A DNA stretch of 64,000 nucleotides, from the sequence record OR513085.1, one strand, 5' to 3'. Of this stretch, positions 38,221 to 48,521 are shown one piece after another (positions within the stretch are counted from its first letter, which is position 1; every line of letters begins with the position of its first letter). The notes below the pieces were generated by a model, which did not search any database, was not told the DNA's origin, and saw only the letters and a program-made list of their open reading frames with translations. Position numbers and translations under genes: made by a program.

Positions 38221-39066
38221 ATGCTAAAAACATTTACAAATATGACGTCCGCGGATAACAACGCATTTATAAATGAATGTGTTATCGCAGCTAAGAAATT
38301 CGATGGCCACTTTATTATTGCAAAAAATCGTGACCGTCCGTATGACCCATCATTAACGCTAATCCACGAAATTATTGATGGCATTGAAACTGTGTGGATG
38401 GTTGACGAAGACACTGACTGGTCCGAAGGCATGAATGAATTTGGCATTAGCATAGTTAACTCGGCACTTATGGTTGCTAGAGACGAGGCTGAAAAGAAAA
38501 CTGCCAAAAAAGAAGGCAAAAAGTTTTTGAAAGACGGTACTATTATTCGTGAGGCTTTAAAACATTCTGATGTCGAAAAGATCATCGACATTATAATAAG
38601 CAAAGACGGCGGGCTTAAAGGTCATACTTTTGTTTGTACTAAGGATGAACTTTATGCAGTCGAATTAACGTCCAAGCATAATCCTGAAGTTCAAAATATT
38701 TCTGACTCAGACAATGAAGTTCGTACAAATCACGGAATTAAGCATACTTCTGCAGGCTACCAAAAAGGTTTATCATTCAAGTCATCTGCAATTCGTAAAA
38801 ATTCTGCAATTGCTCAGATTAGCAAAGCTAACACACCTGAGGAGGTTCTACAAAGAATGCGTAAACGTCTTTATAAAAAGGACTCTATGCTTAACATGAA
38901 GCGTGATACTAAAAAGCTTTGGACATCTTCGCAACTTATGATGGACCCAACTAACTTAACTATTAAGCTAGTAGCGTTTTCTGACAAAACTCAGGATTTG
39001 AAAATAGACAACAGATTGCCAGAAGGTTATGTTCCTAAAATAAAACTTGAATTGCAAGTCATTTAA
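38221..39066 (+). CDS. Ntn-hydrolase (C45/C59-like Cys nucleophile) with 19-aa propeptide ending FINE
   Basis: C20-VIAA..IIAKNRDR; WSEGMNEFGISIVNSAL; VRTNH; late box TATACATA 38163-70. Confidence 0.75.
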   Translation: MLKTFTNMTSADNNAFINECVIAAKKFDGHFIIAKNRDRPYDPSLTLIHEIIDGIETVWMVDEDTDWSEGMNEFGISIVNSALMVARDEAEKKTAKKEGKKFLKDGTIIREALKHSDVEKIIDIIISKDGGLKGHTFVCTKDELYAVELTSKHNPEVQNISDSDNEVRTNHGIKHTSAGYQKGLSFKSSAIRKNSAIAQISKANTPEEVLQRMRKRLYKKDSMLNMKRDTKKLWTSSQLMMDPTNLTIKLVAFSDKTQDLKIDNRLPEGYVPKIKLELQVI

Positions 39067-39106
39067 TTTCCTAAATATTTGTATTTTAAATAAACAACTA
39101 AACAAT

Positions 39107-39811
39107 ATGAACTTTAACAAAAACGAAGCCTACGGAATTGGAGGCGAGAATCTAACGTACAAAGGCAGCACGTCAACAGCCAATAAAATATATCATGCAT
39201 TCGTTAACGAATCTGGAGGTAATATTTTCTTAACTGCTGAGCAGATTAACGAAGCTACTAACGGTTCAGCCGACGAAGAAGTTTATAATCAATGGGCTGA
39301 GCTATTACTTCAGCATATCGGAGTAGACAGAGCTAAAAAATACTTGAATGCTAACGATATTAACAAAGAACTTAAGGCTATGCTTGATGCTAACCATGAC
39401 ATGGAGTCTGACATTCTTTACGATAAAGCAATGAATGCTAAACTTATTGCTGCAGTTAGCAGACGTAGAAAGGCTGCAGGATATGTAAACGAATCTACAG
39501 AAAGCTTTGATTCCAAAGATACTGTAGCATTCATCAGCAAAACGTTTCCTGGAATTTCAACAAAATTCTTACCTGCTAACTTCATGACTAAAATGAAGTA
39601 CGAAAACAGTAATGTTATTGCTGACAAAGAAATGGGAATTTTCTCAGCAGTTTTAGCAGACTGTGCATCTAAACTTACTGTTAGAACTTTCGGAGTTAAT
39701 GAAGTAGAGGTATTCTTTGACTTAAACTACGAACTTAAAAATCGTAGAAGCAATGGAATGTCAGTTTCTTATACATCATCCGACGGTGGTAAGAACTTCA
39801 AAATTCAATAA
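39107..39811 (+). CDS. Probable internal head protein (FVNES, QINEA, YVNES)
   Basis: ATG 39107; three motif sites. Confidence 0.6.
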   Translation: MNFNKNEAYGIGGENLTYKGSTSTANKIYHAFVNESGGNIFLTAEQINEATNGSADEEVYNQWAELLLQHIGVDRAKKYLNANDINKELKAMLDANHDMESDILYDKAMNAKLIAAVSRRRKAAGYVNESTESFDSKDTVAFISKTFPGISTKFLPANFMTKMKYENSNVIADKEMGIFSAVLADCASKLTVRTFGVNEVEVFFDLNYELKNRRSNGMSVSYTSSDGGKNFKIQ

Positions 39812-39833
39812 GCATACTTTATTTAAAAATAGC

Positions 39834-39865
39834 AATGCCTAGCACTCGAAAGTGCTAGGCATTTT
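39834..39865 (+). terminator. Intrinsic terminator; late box AATAAATA at 39885-92
   Basis: AATGCCTAGCACT / AGTGCTAGGCATTTT. Confidence 0.8.
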
Positions 39866-39916
39866 CGGCTTTATATGACTGCATAATAAATATACAAACT
39901 AAACAAATTTTTTATA

Positions 39917-40315
39917 ATGGCATTTGACTTTAAAGATATTTTGTACGACAGAGTCAGATTTGAAACGCCAGGAATTCCAGGTAATGTAGTTATTGAGGAC
40001 GGTTTGGTACGTCAAACACAAATGCCTGATGGTGACATCGACAATCTTTTTAAGTACATTTACATTTATGCAGGCGATGGTACGCCACGAAAACTTTTAG
40101 CAACATCAATTGCTAGTGTTTACTATACAGATGGCAAACTATCATCAAACAGAATTATTGACACTAACGGATTTACTTTTGCAATATCCGGGCTAACTAA
40201 ACAAACAACCAATCTAAGCAACTATACTGTCATGCTACAAGATGCTAACTCAAACACGCATGTAGCAGATGCTGATAATTTCATTAACAACGTCTATACC
40301 GAAACTGATTGGTAA
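39917..40315 (+). CDS. Hypothetical structural protein
   Basis: Late promoter; upstream of fibre genes. Confidence 0.6.
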   Translation: MAFDFKDILYDRVRFETPGIPGNVVIEDGLVRQTQMPDGDIDNLFKYIYIYAGDGTPRKLLATSIASVYYTDGKLSSNRIIDTNGFTFAISGLTKQTTNLSNYTVMLQDANSNTHVADADNFINNVYTETDW

Positions 40316-40371
40316 ACTTTAACTTGATCGAAAAGACTACATAAAAATCTACAACAACAAAACAAACACTA

Positions 40372-41295
40372 ATGGCAAACAAGGCTGTAGGGATGTTATG
40401 GAAGACCGCACTACCGGCTGTAGCGGACTTACTCCCTAATTCAATTTATTTTATCAAACCGGCTACTGGCGTAAAACCAGGAGTATTCGTAACAAACAAT
40501 GATGCTACGCAGGTTATGCAAATTAACCCGGACACTATTGTAGGAGACTTTGTTGCCAAAATTAACAACATAGCGCCTACAAATGGCAATGTTGATTTGG
40601 ACATAAGCTTTAACAACACTACCGGAGTACTTACGTTTACTGGCGGGGCTAATCAAATTAACCTTGACGCTAGGTACGTTAAGAAAGCTGATTTTGCGCC
40701 ATGGCAAGCTACTACAGATAACAGACTAACTGCATTAGAAGCATTAGCTGCTACAGGTCTAAAAACACCAGTAGCATTCGACGCATCGGCTAATGCAACA
40801 TTCCCTACACAAGCACAAGGTTTTACTTACAAAGTAACTGTAGCAGGTACGACTTCAGGAGTGCTACTTGAAGTTGGTGATACTATTATTTACGACAAAC
40901 CAGGAACATCTAATACACCTTACGTAGTTCAGGCTAATATTGATGCAGCAACTACAACTGTAAAAGGTATCATCAGAATTGCTACGCAAACTGAAGTTAA
41001 CAACAAAGTAGTAGGTTCGTTAGTTGGTGATGCTTCTGTAACTCCACTTACACTTTACTACAAACTTAATGCTTGGCTAGCAGATATTACTGCATCTCAA
41101 ACTGATGTAAATACAGGTACTCGTAATGACGTTTTCGTTACTCCGGCAACTTTAAAAGTTAGGCTTGACACTATTGTAGCTAGTTTGCATACTCACACCA
41201 ACAAAACACAGTTGGATAAAATTGCAGAAGACCCAGGAGGTAATATGACTTACGGAGGTAAGCCAGTTTATACTCTGCAAATTTCAGAGTGGTAA
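40372..41295 (+). CDS. Tail fibre-associated protein
   Basis: gp34/gp12-like repeats ATTTVKGIIRIATQTEV..VTPLTL and ASQTDVNTGTRNDVFVTPATL. Confidence 0.65.
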   Translation: MANKAVGMLWKTALPAVADLLPNSIYFIKPATGVKPGVFVTNNDATQVMQINPDTIVGDFVAKINNIAPTNGNVDLDISFNNTTGVLTFTGGANQINLDARYVKKADFAPWQATTDNRLTALEALAATGLKTPVAFDASANATFPTQAQGFTYKVTVAGTTSGVLLEVGDTIIYDKPGTSNTPYVVQANIDAATTTVKGIIRIATQTEVNNKVVGSLVGDASVTPLTLYYKLNAWLADITASQTDVNTGTRNDVFVTPATLKVRLDTIVASLHTHTNKTQLDKIAEDPGGNMTYGGKPVYTLQISEW

Positions 41296-41342
41296 GCTAA
41301 AGCTAACTTTGCAATAGACTAATTTTACGACAACAAAACATA

Positions 41343-41371
41343 GCCTGGCACTTATAAAGTGCCAGGCATTT
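41343..41371 (+). terminator. Intrinsic terminator; late box TATACATA at 41383-90
   Basis: GCCTGGCACTT / AAGTGCCAGGC-ATTT. Confidence 0.7.
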
Positions 41372-41417
41372 GTCGTTGGCTATATACATACTTAAAATAT
41401 AACATAACTTTCCGACG

Positions 41418-44400
41418 ATGCTATACAAATACACAACACTCCCGGCAGATACTTCAGCGTTACCAGTAGGCGCTTTGATTCTTACAAAGAGTGGTGACGG
41501 TTACATTCTTGACAACAATAAAGTTGCAGTACCATTCAAAGGTAACGTACTTACTCCTGCATTAATTAACAGCTGGAATGACGCTGCTACTAAAGCTCAC
41601 GTACATTCTAACAAAGATACACTGGACCTTATTAGCTTGCTTTCAATTCAAAAATGGGATGAAGCTTATTCACTAAGACATACGCATTCTAACCTTGCAA
41701 CGTTAGAAACTATAACGCCTGCAAAAATTGCTGAGTGGAATAGTGCAATGAAATTTATAAAAACATTGTCTACTGAGGACTTAGATACTGTAACAGTTAA
41801 TGGAATCTACACACAGCCATCTAATGCTAATGCAACAACCGCAAATCACTATCCTATTGGTTATGCAGGAACTATAACAGTGCTAGGTAATGGTGGCAAT
41901 CACATTGTTCAGGAATATGTTAGACTTGCATCAGGTGCTACAGGTAACACTAAATATCGCAGATACTATTATGTTAGTTCAGGATGGTCTAATTGGCAAA
42001 AATCTTTAGATGATCGTGACATTACTCAGGCAATGATTGATTCTTGGAATCTTGCAGTGTCTTGGGGTAACCATGCTAATGCAGGTTATATGACTCAAAC
42101 GACTTCGGATGCTAGGTATTTAAGACTAATTGGTGGAACGTTAACTGGTGATGTTGCTGTAACTGGAGGCAAAACATTTACATTCACTGCTGCCGATGGC
42201 AAAACTTATGAAGTTAATGGCTCAGGAACTAAACATACTTCAGGTGCTAATGTGTTTTCATCAAATTTTGTAGATTCTAACACTTGGGGAATTACTCACG
42301 GAACTCAGCAAATTTTGACTAAAGACATAGCCAACAATGTTGTAAAAATTGGTAATGACACTTCACCTGCACAATTAAGAATAAAGTCTGCAGTATCTCC
42401 AAATCCAACTTCTACTGTACTTACAAACCCATCCGGTGACGTTTCAATAGTTCCAGCTTTACCGCTATTTACTAACTACCTTGAGCCTAGCTTATTAGCA
42501 AATGCTGATAGCGTAACAACAAAAGGAATTGAAGTTAACTACATTGACGCATCTACACTAAACAAACCGACAACATTAGCTAATGGAACGTTAATGACAC
42601 TAAACATTAACAACTCAGGAGGCTCGCAATTAGCAATATCAACTTCAACAGACCCAGCAGTTTATTTTAGAACTAGAACAAATTCAAATTTTGGAGGATG
42701 GACTAGGTTAGCTACAACTAACGATCTTACTGCATTAGGCCAGGACTACATTAGCAAAACTACTAACGACTTACCTGCTAACTCGGCTTGGTACGTTAAG
42801 AAAGGAACATCTGGAATTGGTGTAGTTGATACTAACTTTATAGGATTATTTGACGCTACTACAAAGGCTTATGTTACTGCAGGCGTACTAAAAATTGTTA
42901 ACGGTGGTATACAAACTGATGCAGCTTCAGTTATTGGAGGAACTACTACATTCAATGCTAACGCTACGTTCAACTCAGCTAACGTTACGTTTGCTAATGG
43001 CGCTAACAGCTCAACGTTAGCTATGGCTGGCACTAGATTAGCTATAGCATCAGGTAATGCCGGCAAAACTGGAAACATAATTGTTGATGGTGATTCGCCA
43101 ATTATTGCAAGACCTGAAACTGTAGTTAATTCTGACACTGTATTAGCAGGATTACCTGTAGGTACTCATGGTGCAGGTACATCCATTGGCGGTGTTAACG
43201 CATCCTTTATAACTTTTGGTAGCCCAGTTACTGGAACTAAAACAAACTTGATAGGTTCTACTACAGGCTTCCTTAAATTTAGATCATCATCAGGCGCTAC
43301 ATTTTCAGATTGGAAATCGTTAGTTGCTTTTGAAGACTTAACGTTAGCTACTACAGATACTTCTGTTAGCTTAACATTCAATGGCATTACAAAGACTGCA
43401 CCATTAACTACCGGAACGTTAACAAACGTAACGTACACCAACAATTGGACATTGCCATTCGGTACAACTAAAGGTTATATTGACATTGAAATGCCTACAT
43501 CTACATCAGGTGACATTATACTTACGTTAGTAGGTTATTGGGGCAATGAAAGACAATCAGGTTCAGTTAAATATCAAATTGGATTTGGTTCAAACACTAC
43601 ACAAATATACGATCAATATGCTAACATAGTTTCCGTTACTGCAGGCCAAGTTTTACTAGATAGTTATGCAGTTAACTTATCCGCAGCAATCGTGTTAGTT
43701 AATGCTAAACCTTGTTTACGTATTTGGTGCATGCGTGACGGAATTTCGCAAACTAACACAGTTAGAGCATTCATGCAAATTAAAACTAGACAAGGTACTG
43801 CATTTACTTCGTTGAACGATGTTAAGCCTCTAGCTTTCGTAGCCGAGCCTAACATTCCAACATTTATGGACCTCGATCAAGCACCTAAGTCAGTTTCATT
43901 TAACCAAATTGCAGTTAGATCATCTGCGCAAAACGATGATAATGCTGCAATTAAGCTTAAAACTGCTAGAATTTCAACATCACCAGCAAATGCAAATGGC
44001 ATTCGTGTAGTAGGTACATCAAATACTGCAGCAGGTTATCTTTATTTAGGTTCAGGTAACAACAGACTGGGTGTTGACGACGGTACTGCAAATTCACCTT
44101 TGCTTTATAATGCATCACCAGTAGTTACAAGAGACTATGCTATAGCAAATGGTTTTATATTTTCAGAAGGCAATGCTATAGGTACTATAAATGGAGTTTC
44201 TGGAGAAATTGGTCTACCTGCTAACTCATTTAAGCCAACAAAATCAGGATTCTACCGAGCTAATGGTGAAAATAACTGGGGTGCATTGTCAATGGCGATA
44301 GCACATCCTGCTAGAAGTGATGGAGGCTTTATGGCTGGTATAGCTTTTGATTATTCAGGAGCCAATGCATACTTAACAGGTAATGATTCTACAGGAGCCA

Positions 44401-47400
44401 AACTTCCTAACAAGAAAATATTAACTTCTGCGGATATCGACATATCTAAGTATTGGGAGAAATGGACAGATGGTACTAACGTAGGATTTAACAATGCTAC
44501 AGCATATTACTTCCTAGGTGCAGATGCTAATACTGCTCAGAAAGTTTATACAGGAGGTCTACTTACATCAGGCTCATTTGGTGATGGTAGTAAAATTCCA
44601 ACATTTGGAATTTACTCTAAAGGCGATATTGCTTTTGATGGAGTATTAAACAAGCTTACAGGAGAACTTAATTTACAAAAAGCTGGAGTTAACCGAATTA
44701 GAACTAGCGGGCCATCTACAGTAATATCAGCAGAAGCGGTCAATACAACTTCAGGCGTTACGGTTAGGCCTCTTGGTGATGCTAATACTGCTAACCAAAC
44801 AATGTTTGCTAAGGATATTGTACGTTACACTACAAAAGCTAGACAATTCAGTGACGTTGTAAACATTGCAAAATATGAAAACGTTGCAGCAGCTTCATTA
44901 ACACATAATGGTCCTGCAACAATAAAAATTATGTTCCCTCATAGTTTGAACACTGTAATGTGGAGCATTAAGCTTACTGTAGTTTCATATACTGGCGCTA
45001 ACAACACCAACATCAACCAGTTGCCAATGGAACTTACAATTTCTGGTTATGGTACGATGCCTGCAACGCCATCAACTAACACAAGTGCTTCAGTAGTTAA
45101 TGAATTTCCATCGTTTACTGGAGTTAAAATTGGATTAGATGATGCTACTGGCTTTAAAACGTTAATGCTTAACTTTAGTGGTACTTTAGCATATCCTAAA
45201 GTTATAATCGACCAGATAATTTATCATCACTCCGGATTAGCTAACAATACTGATATTGATGGTGCATATTCAATCACTCAGGTAGCCGATGAAACTGGAT
45301 TTACTAGCCAAACTGAAATTTTGCTAGCGCAGTTCAAAAATTATCTTGACGTGTCAAAGGCAAAAACTGCATTCCCTACTAACATGGCAAACGCAATTGA
45401 TTCGGTTGGTACTTCTCCGGATTTAGGCGCATTAGCTAACGGAAATTATTCAGGAGCAATTAGCTTAGCATCTACGAACAAACCATTTGCATCTACTGGA
45501 GGTTTGCTTTCATTTGGAGGAGGCGCACAAACTACTAGAATACTAGGTGCTCGTGATGGTTCGGATAACTTATGGTTCCAATCAGGTCCTGGTTCTGTTG
45601 CATGGAGACAAATAGCCTCAAGAGATTACATAACTACGCAATTAACAAACTACATTCCAACGTCCCAAAAAGGCGTGGCTAATGGCGTGGCTACATTAGA
45701 TGCTAATGGTTTTGTACCATCGGCACAGTTACCTAGTTATGTGGATGATGTTTTAGAATTTGCATCGTTATCAGCATTCCCGCCTACTGGAGAATCTGGT
45801 AAAATTTATATTGCTATTGACACTAACCAACAATATAGATGGTCAGGAACTACTTACGTTTTGATTAGTTCTGGTGCAGTTCAGTCAGTAAATGGTAAAA
45901 CTGGAGTCGTTGTCATTAATAAAACCGATGTAGGCTTAGACAACGTAGATAATACTGCAGATAATGCAAAGAATGTACTTAGTGCAACTAAATGGTCTAC
46001 ACCAAGAACATTTACATTAAATGGTGATATTGCGGCTACTGGTTCAGTCGATGGTTCAAGTAACGTAACGTTCACGACTACTTTGCCTAACATTGTAACT
46101 GCAGGAACTTATAAAATTACTACGGTTAACGCTAAAGGCCAAGTTACTGGAGGTTCAAACCCAACTACTTTGGCAGGTTTTGGAATTACTGATGCTATGT
46201 CAACGTCGCATCCGGCTAACGTAATTACTTCAACTGACATTGCTAACTGGAATGCTCAAGTTGCAGTAGGTAATTTTAGATCTTATGGTTTAGGAACATA
46301 CAATGCACTGACTATATCTGATTTTAACACGTTACAGACGCAACTTGAAAATGTAACTAGATTTTATGGTTCAGTTAATGCTGCAGTTACTAATGGTCCT
46401 ACTGGAATTGATTATCCTGCAGGTGTTTTTAATAGCATAAGTAATGCAGTACAATCTGTATTAGTTTTTGGAGGCCACGGTACTAACAATGGTTTAGCAT
46501 TCAGAAATAAAACTGGTACTAATACATGGGGTAACTGGGTATATGCTTGGACAGACAAACATTTTAGTCAGACAAACATAAACAATTGGAATACTGCATA
46601 TTCTTGGGGTAACCACGCATCTGCCGGTTATCTAAAAGCGGCAGATATTGCAGGACTTGTTAAAAAGACAGGTGACACTATGTCAGGCATGCTTACAATA
46701 AGCTCATCGTCACAGCCATTGGCATTACGAGGAACTTCTGCAAGTACTAACTACACTACTTATGTTAAACATGATGGTAGTGGTAACATTGGATTTATTG
46801 GTTCAAATGGAGGTGGTGCTATTGGTGACGGCGGTAATGGCGACAGATTTGTTGTTCGTGGAACTGCCGGACTTGATCTTTATTCAGATGTAGGAAATGT
46901 TACTGCAAATGGCGGTGGTATTTGGACAACTAACCATTTTGAAGCTACTGACTTAACTAATTTCTTTGAAGCATATAACAATAGCATATCAGGCGGAACT
47001 ATGACGCCTACGCAATTGCAGCTTACAAGAACAGGGTCTGCACCAATAAACATTGCAATACCTACGTTCAACCAAAATACTACTGGTAATGCAGGTACTG
47101 CAACTAAATTACAAACTGCAAGGACTATTAAAATTGGTGAACAGTCCGGACCTTTTGATGGAACTTTAAACTTAACATTTGGCCACAATGAAATGAAAGT
47201 TACGATGTGCGGTGTTAAGACTTACGGCGAATCTTGGAACTCGGTAGTAGTGCTAGATACTAGAAATGCCAGTCCATTACCATCAACAGATTTACAATCA
47301 GCAGTTACATTTGACTTTAAGCAGTCATCTGCAATTGGATTAAATGGCATTCCTGGAGTTTCTACATATGCAAGTGCTATTACTATGGCACCGTTCGTTA

Positions 47401-48521
47401 ACGACTCTGGTAATAATAATTCTGCATTTACGCTAGCTCAATCTAATGGTGTTTTAGCATTTAAAAATTATGCTAACGGTGCATGGGGTTCATGGATTAA
47501 ATTGTTAACATCTGCAGATATTTCTACAGCGTCAATTAACAACTGGAACCAGGCATATTCTTGGGGTAACCACGCATCTGCTGGATATATGTCGAAATCT
47601 ACTATAATGGGTACTGCCAACTTTAATTCATTGGCAGGCACTGGAGCTAACGGAATTTATCGTTCAGACCAAGACCCTACTGTAGCTAATGGTGTTAAGT
47701 ACAAATATTCGCCAATGTTGCATATGGGCGCTTCTGATACAATGACCCAAATGTCTATAGCTTATGCTACTGGCGAAATGTCATTCAGGGGAGGCTATAA
47801 CAACACTTGGCAAGATTGGCGTACTGCTTGGGATAACGTTAACTTACCTCAGCCAGTAACAAGAAACACTGCACAAACTATTACTGCAGATAAAACTCAT
47901 ACCGAGAATATCTTGCTTAATGGTAACAACATGATTAAGTTTTTTGGTACTGCATCAACCAGAGTAATGATACTATCTGCTGATAGAATTACTGGTTGGA
48001 CAGGTATCTCCGATGACCAAGATCGTAAAGTTGCAGGGATAGACTATGGTTCAGGTAACTATACTCTAGGTGAAATGATCTATGTTAGGAAGACTAACAA
48101 TAGCACCGGTAATGTAGGTATCAGATCAACTCCGCATGCAACGTATCCAGTTTACTTAAATGGTGATACTGCATGTACAGGTAACTTCATTGGTGTAGGA
48201 TTCTATGAGTCTTCACGTAGAGAATTGAAAACTAACATCAAAGCTTTTGAAAAATCAGGGCTTGACTTAGTTAACGAACTTGACATTGTAACGTTTGACC
48301 GTAAGGACAACGAGGAAATTAAAGATAAAATCGGAGTTATCATTGATGACACTCCATCCGAATTTGCTTCAGTTTCAGGTGATGAGGTTGACTTATACAA
48401 AACAACCTTCATTCAAGCCAAGGCTATTCAGGAACTTTCTGCTACTGTCGAAAAACAATCTGCTGAAATTGAAGAGCTAAAGAAAATGGTAAATATATTA
48501 CTAAAAGGTACGAATGGATAA
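41418..48521 (+). CDS. 2367-aa long tail fibre with pyocin-knob-like modules and C-terminal intramolecular chaperone (S74-like)
   Basis: G/T/N-rich; KGVANGVATLD..SVNGKTG motif; WSNW/WQDW knob ends; ESSRRELKTNI..AIQEL + coiled coil. Confidence 0.88.
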   Translation: MLYKYTTLPADTSALPVGALILTKSGDGYILDNNKVAVPFKGNVLTPALINSWNDAATKAHVHSNKDTLDLISLLSIQKWDEAYSLRHTHSNLATLETITPAKIAEWNSAMKFIKTLSTEDLDTVTVNGIYTQPSNANATTANHYPIGYAGTITVLGNGGNHIVQEYVRLASGATGNTKYRRYYYVSSGWSNWQKSLDDRDITQAMIDSWNLAVSWGNHANAGYMTQTTSDARYLRLIGGTLTGDVAVTGGKTFTFTAADGKTYEVNGSGTKHTSGANVFSSNFVDSNTWGITHGTQQILTKDIANNVVKIGNDTSPAQLRIKSAVSPNPTSTVLTNPSGDVSIVPALPLFTNYLEPSLLANADSVTTKGIEVNYIDASTLNKPTTLANGTLMTLNINNSGGSQLAISTSTDPAVYFRTRTNSNFGGWTRLATTNDLTALGQDYISKTTNDLPANSAWYVKKGTSGIGVVDTNFIGLFDATTKAYVTAGVLKIVNGGIQTDAASVIGGTTTFNANATFNSANVTFANGANSSTLAMAGTRLAIASGNAGKTGNIIVDGDSPIIARPETVVNSDTVLAGLPVGTHGAGTSIGGVNASFITFGSPVTGTKTNLIGSTTGFLKFRSSSGATFSDWKSLVAFEDLTLATTDTSVSLTFNGITKTAPLTTGTLTNVTYTNNWTLPFGTTKGYIDIEMPTSTSGDIILTLVGYWGNERQSGSVKYQIGFGSNTTQIYDQYANIVSVTAGQVLLDSYAVNLSAAIVLVNAKPCLRIWCMRDGISQTNTVRAFMQIKTRQGTAFTSLNDVKPLAFVAEPNIPTFMDLDQAPKSVSFNQIAVRSSAQNDDNAAIKLKTARISTSPANANGIRVVGTSNTAAGYLYLGSGNNRLGVDDGTANSPLLYNASPVVTRDYAIANGFIFSEGNAIGTINGVSGEIGLPANSFKPTKSGFYRANGENNWGALSMAIAHPARSDGGFMAGIAFDYSGANAYLTGNDSTGAKLPNKKILTSADIDISKYWEKWTDGTNVGFNNATAYYFLGADANTAQKVYTGGLLTSGSFGDGSKIPTFGIYSKGDIAFDGVLNKLTGELNLQKAGVNRIRTSGPSTVISAEAVNTTSGVTVRPLGDANTANQTMFAKDIVRYTTKARQFSDVVNIAKYENVAAASLTHNGPATIKIMFPHSLNTVMWSIKLTVVSYTGANNTNINQLPMELTISGYGTMPATPSTNTSASVVNEFPSFTGVKIGLDDATGFKTLMLNFSGTLAYPKVIIDQIIYHHSGLANNTDIDGAYSITQVADETGFTSQTEILLAQFKNYLDVSKAKTAFPTNMANAIDSVGTSPDLGALANGNYSGAISLASTNKPFASTGGLLSFGGGAQTTRILGARDGSDNLWFQSGPGSVAWRQIASRDYITTQLTNYIPTSQKGVANGVATLDANGFVPSAQLPSYVDDVLEFASLSAFPPTGESGKIYIAIDTNQQYRWSGTTYVLISSGAVQSVNGKTGVVVINKTDVGLDNVDNTADNAKNVLSATKWSTPRTFTLNGDIAATGSVDGSSNVTFTTTLPNIVTAGTYKITTVNAKGQVTGGSNPTTLAGFGITDAMSTSHPANVITSTDIANWNAQVAVGNFRSYGLGTYNALTISDFNTLQTQLENVTRFYGSVNAAVTNGPTGIDYPAGVFNSISNAVQSVLVFGGHGTNNGLAFRNKTGTNTWGNWVYAWTDKHFSQTNINNWNTAYSWGNHASAGYLKAADIAGLVKKTGDTMSGMLTISSSSQPLALRGTSASTNYTTYVKHDGSGNIGFIGSNGGGAIGDGGNGDRFVVRGTAGLDLYSDVGNVTANGGGIWTTNHFEATDLTNFFEAYNNSISGGTMTPTQLQLTRTGSAPINIAIPTFNQNTTGNAGTATKLQTARTIKIGEQSGPFDGTLNLTFGHNEMKVTMCGVKTYGESWNSVVVLDTRNASPLPSTDLQSAVTFDFKQSSAIGLNGIPGVSTYASAITMAPFVNDSGNNNSAFTLAQSNGVLAFKNYANGAWGSWIKLLTSADISTASINNWNQAYSWGNHASAGYMSKSTIMGTANFNSLAGTGANGIYRSDQDPTVANGVKYKYSPMLHMGASDTMTQMSIAYATGEMSFRGGYNNTWQDWRTAWDNVNLPQPVTRNTAQTITADKTHTENILLNGNNMIKFFGTASTRVMILSADRITGWTGISDDQDRKVAGIDYGSGNYTLGEMIYVRKTNNSTGNVGIRSTPHATYPVYLNGDTACTGNFIGVGFYESSRRELKTNIKAFEKSGLDLVNELDIVTFDRKDNEEIKDKIGVIIDDTPSEFASVSGDEVDLYKTTFIQAKAIQELSATVEKQSAEIEELKKMVNILLKGTNG

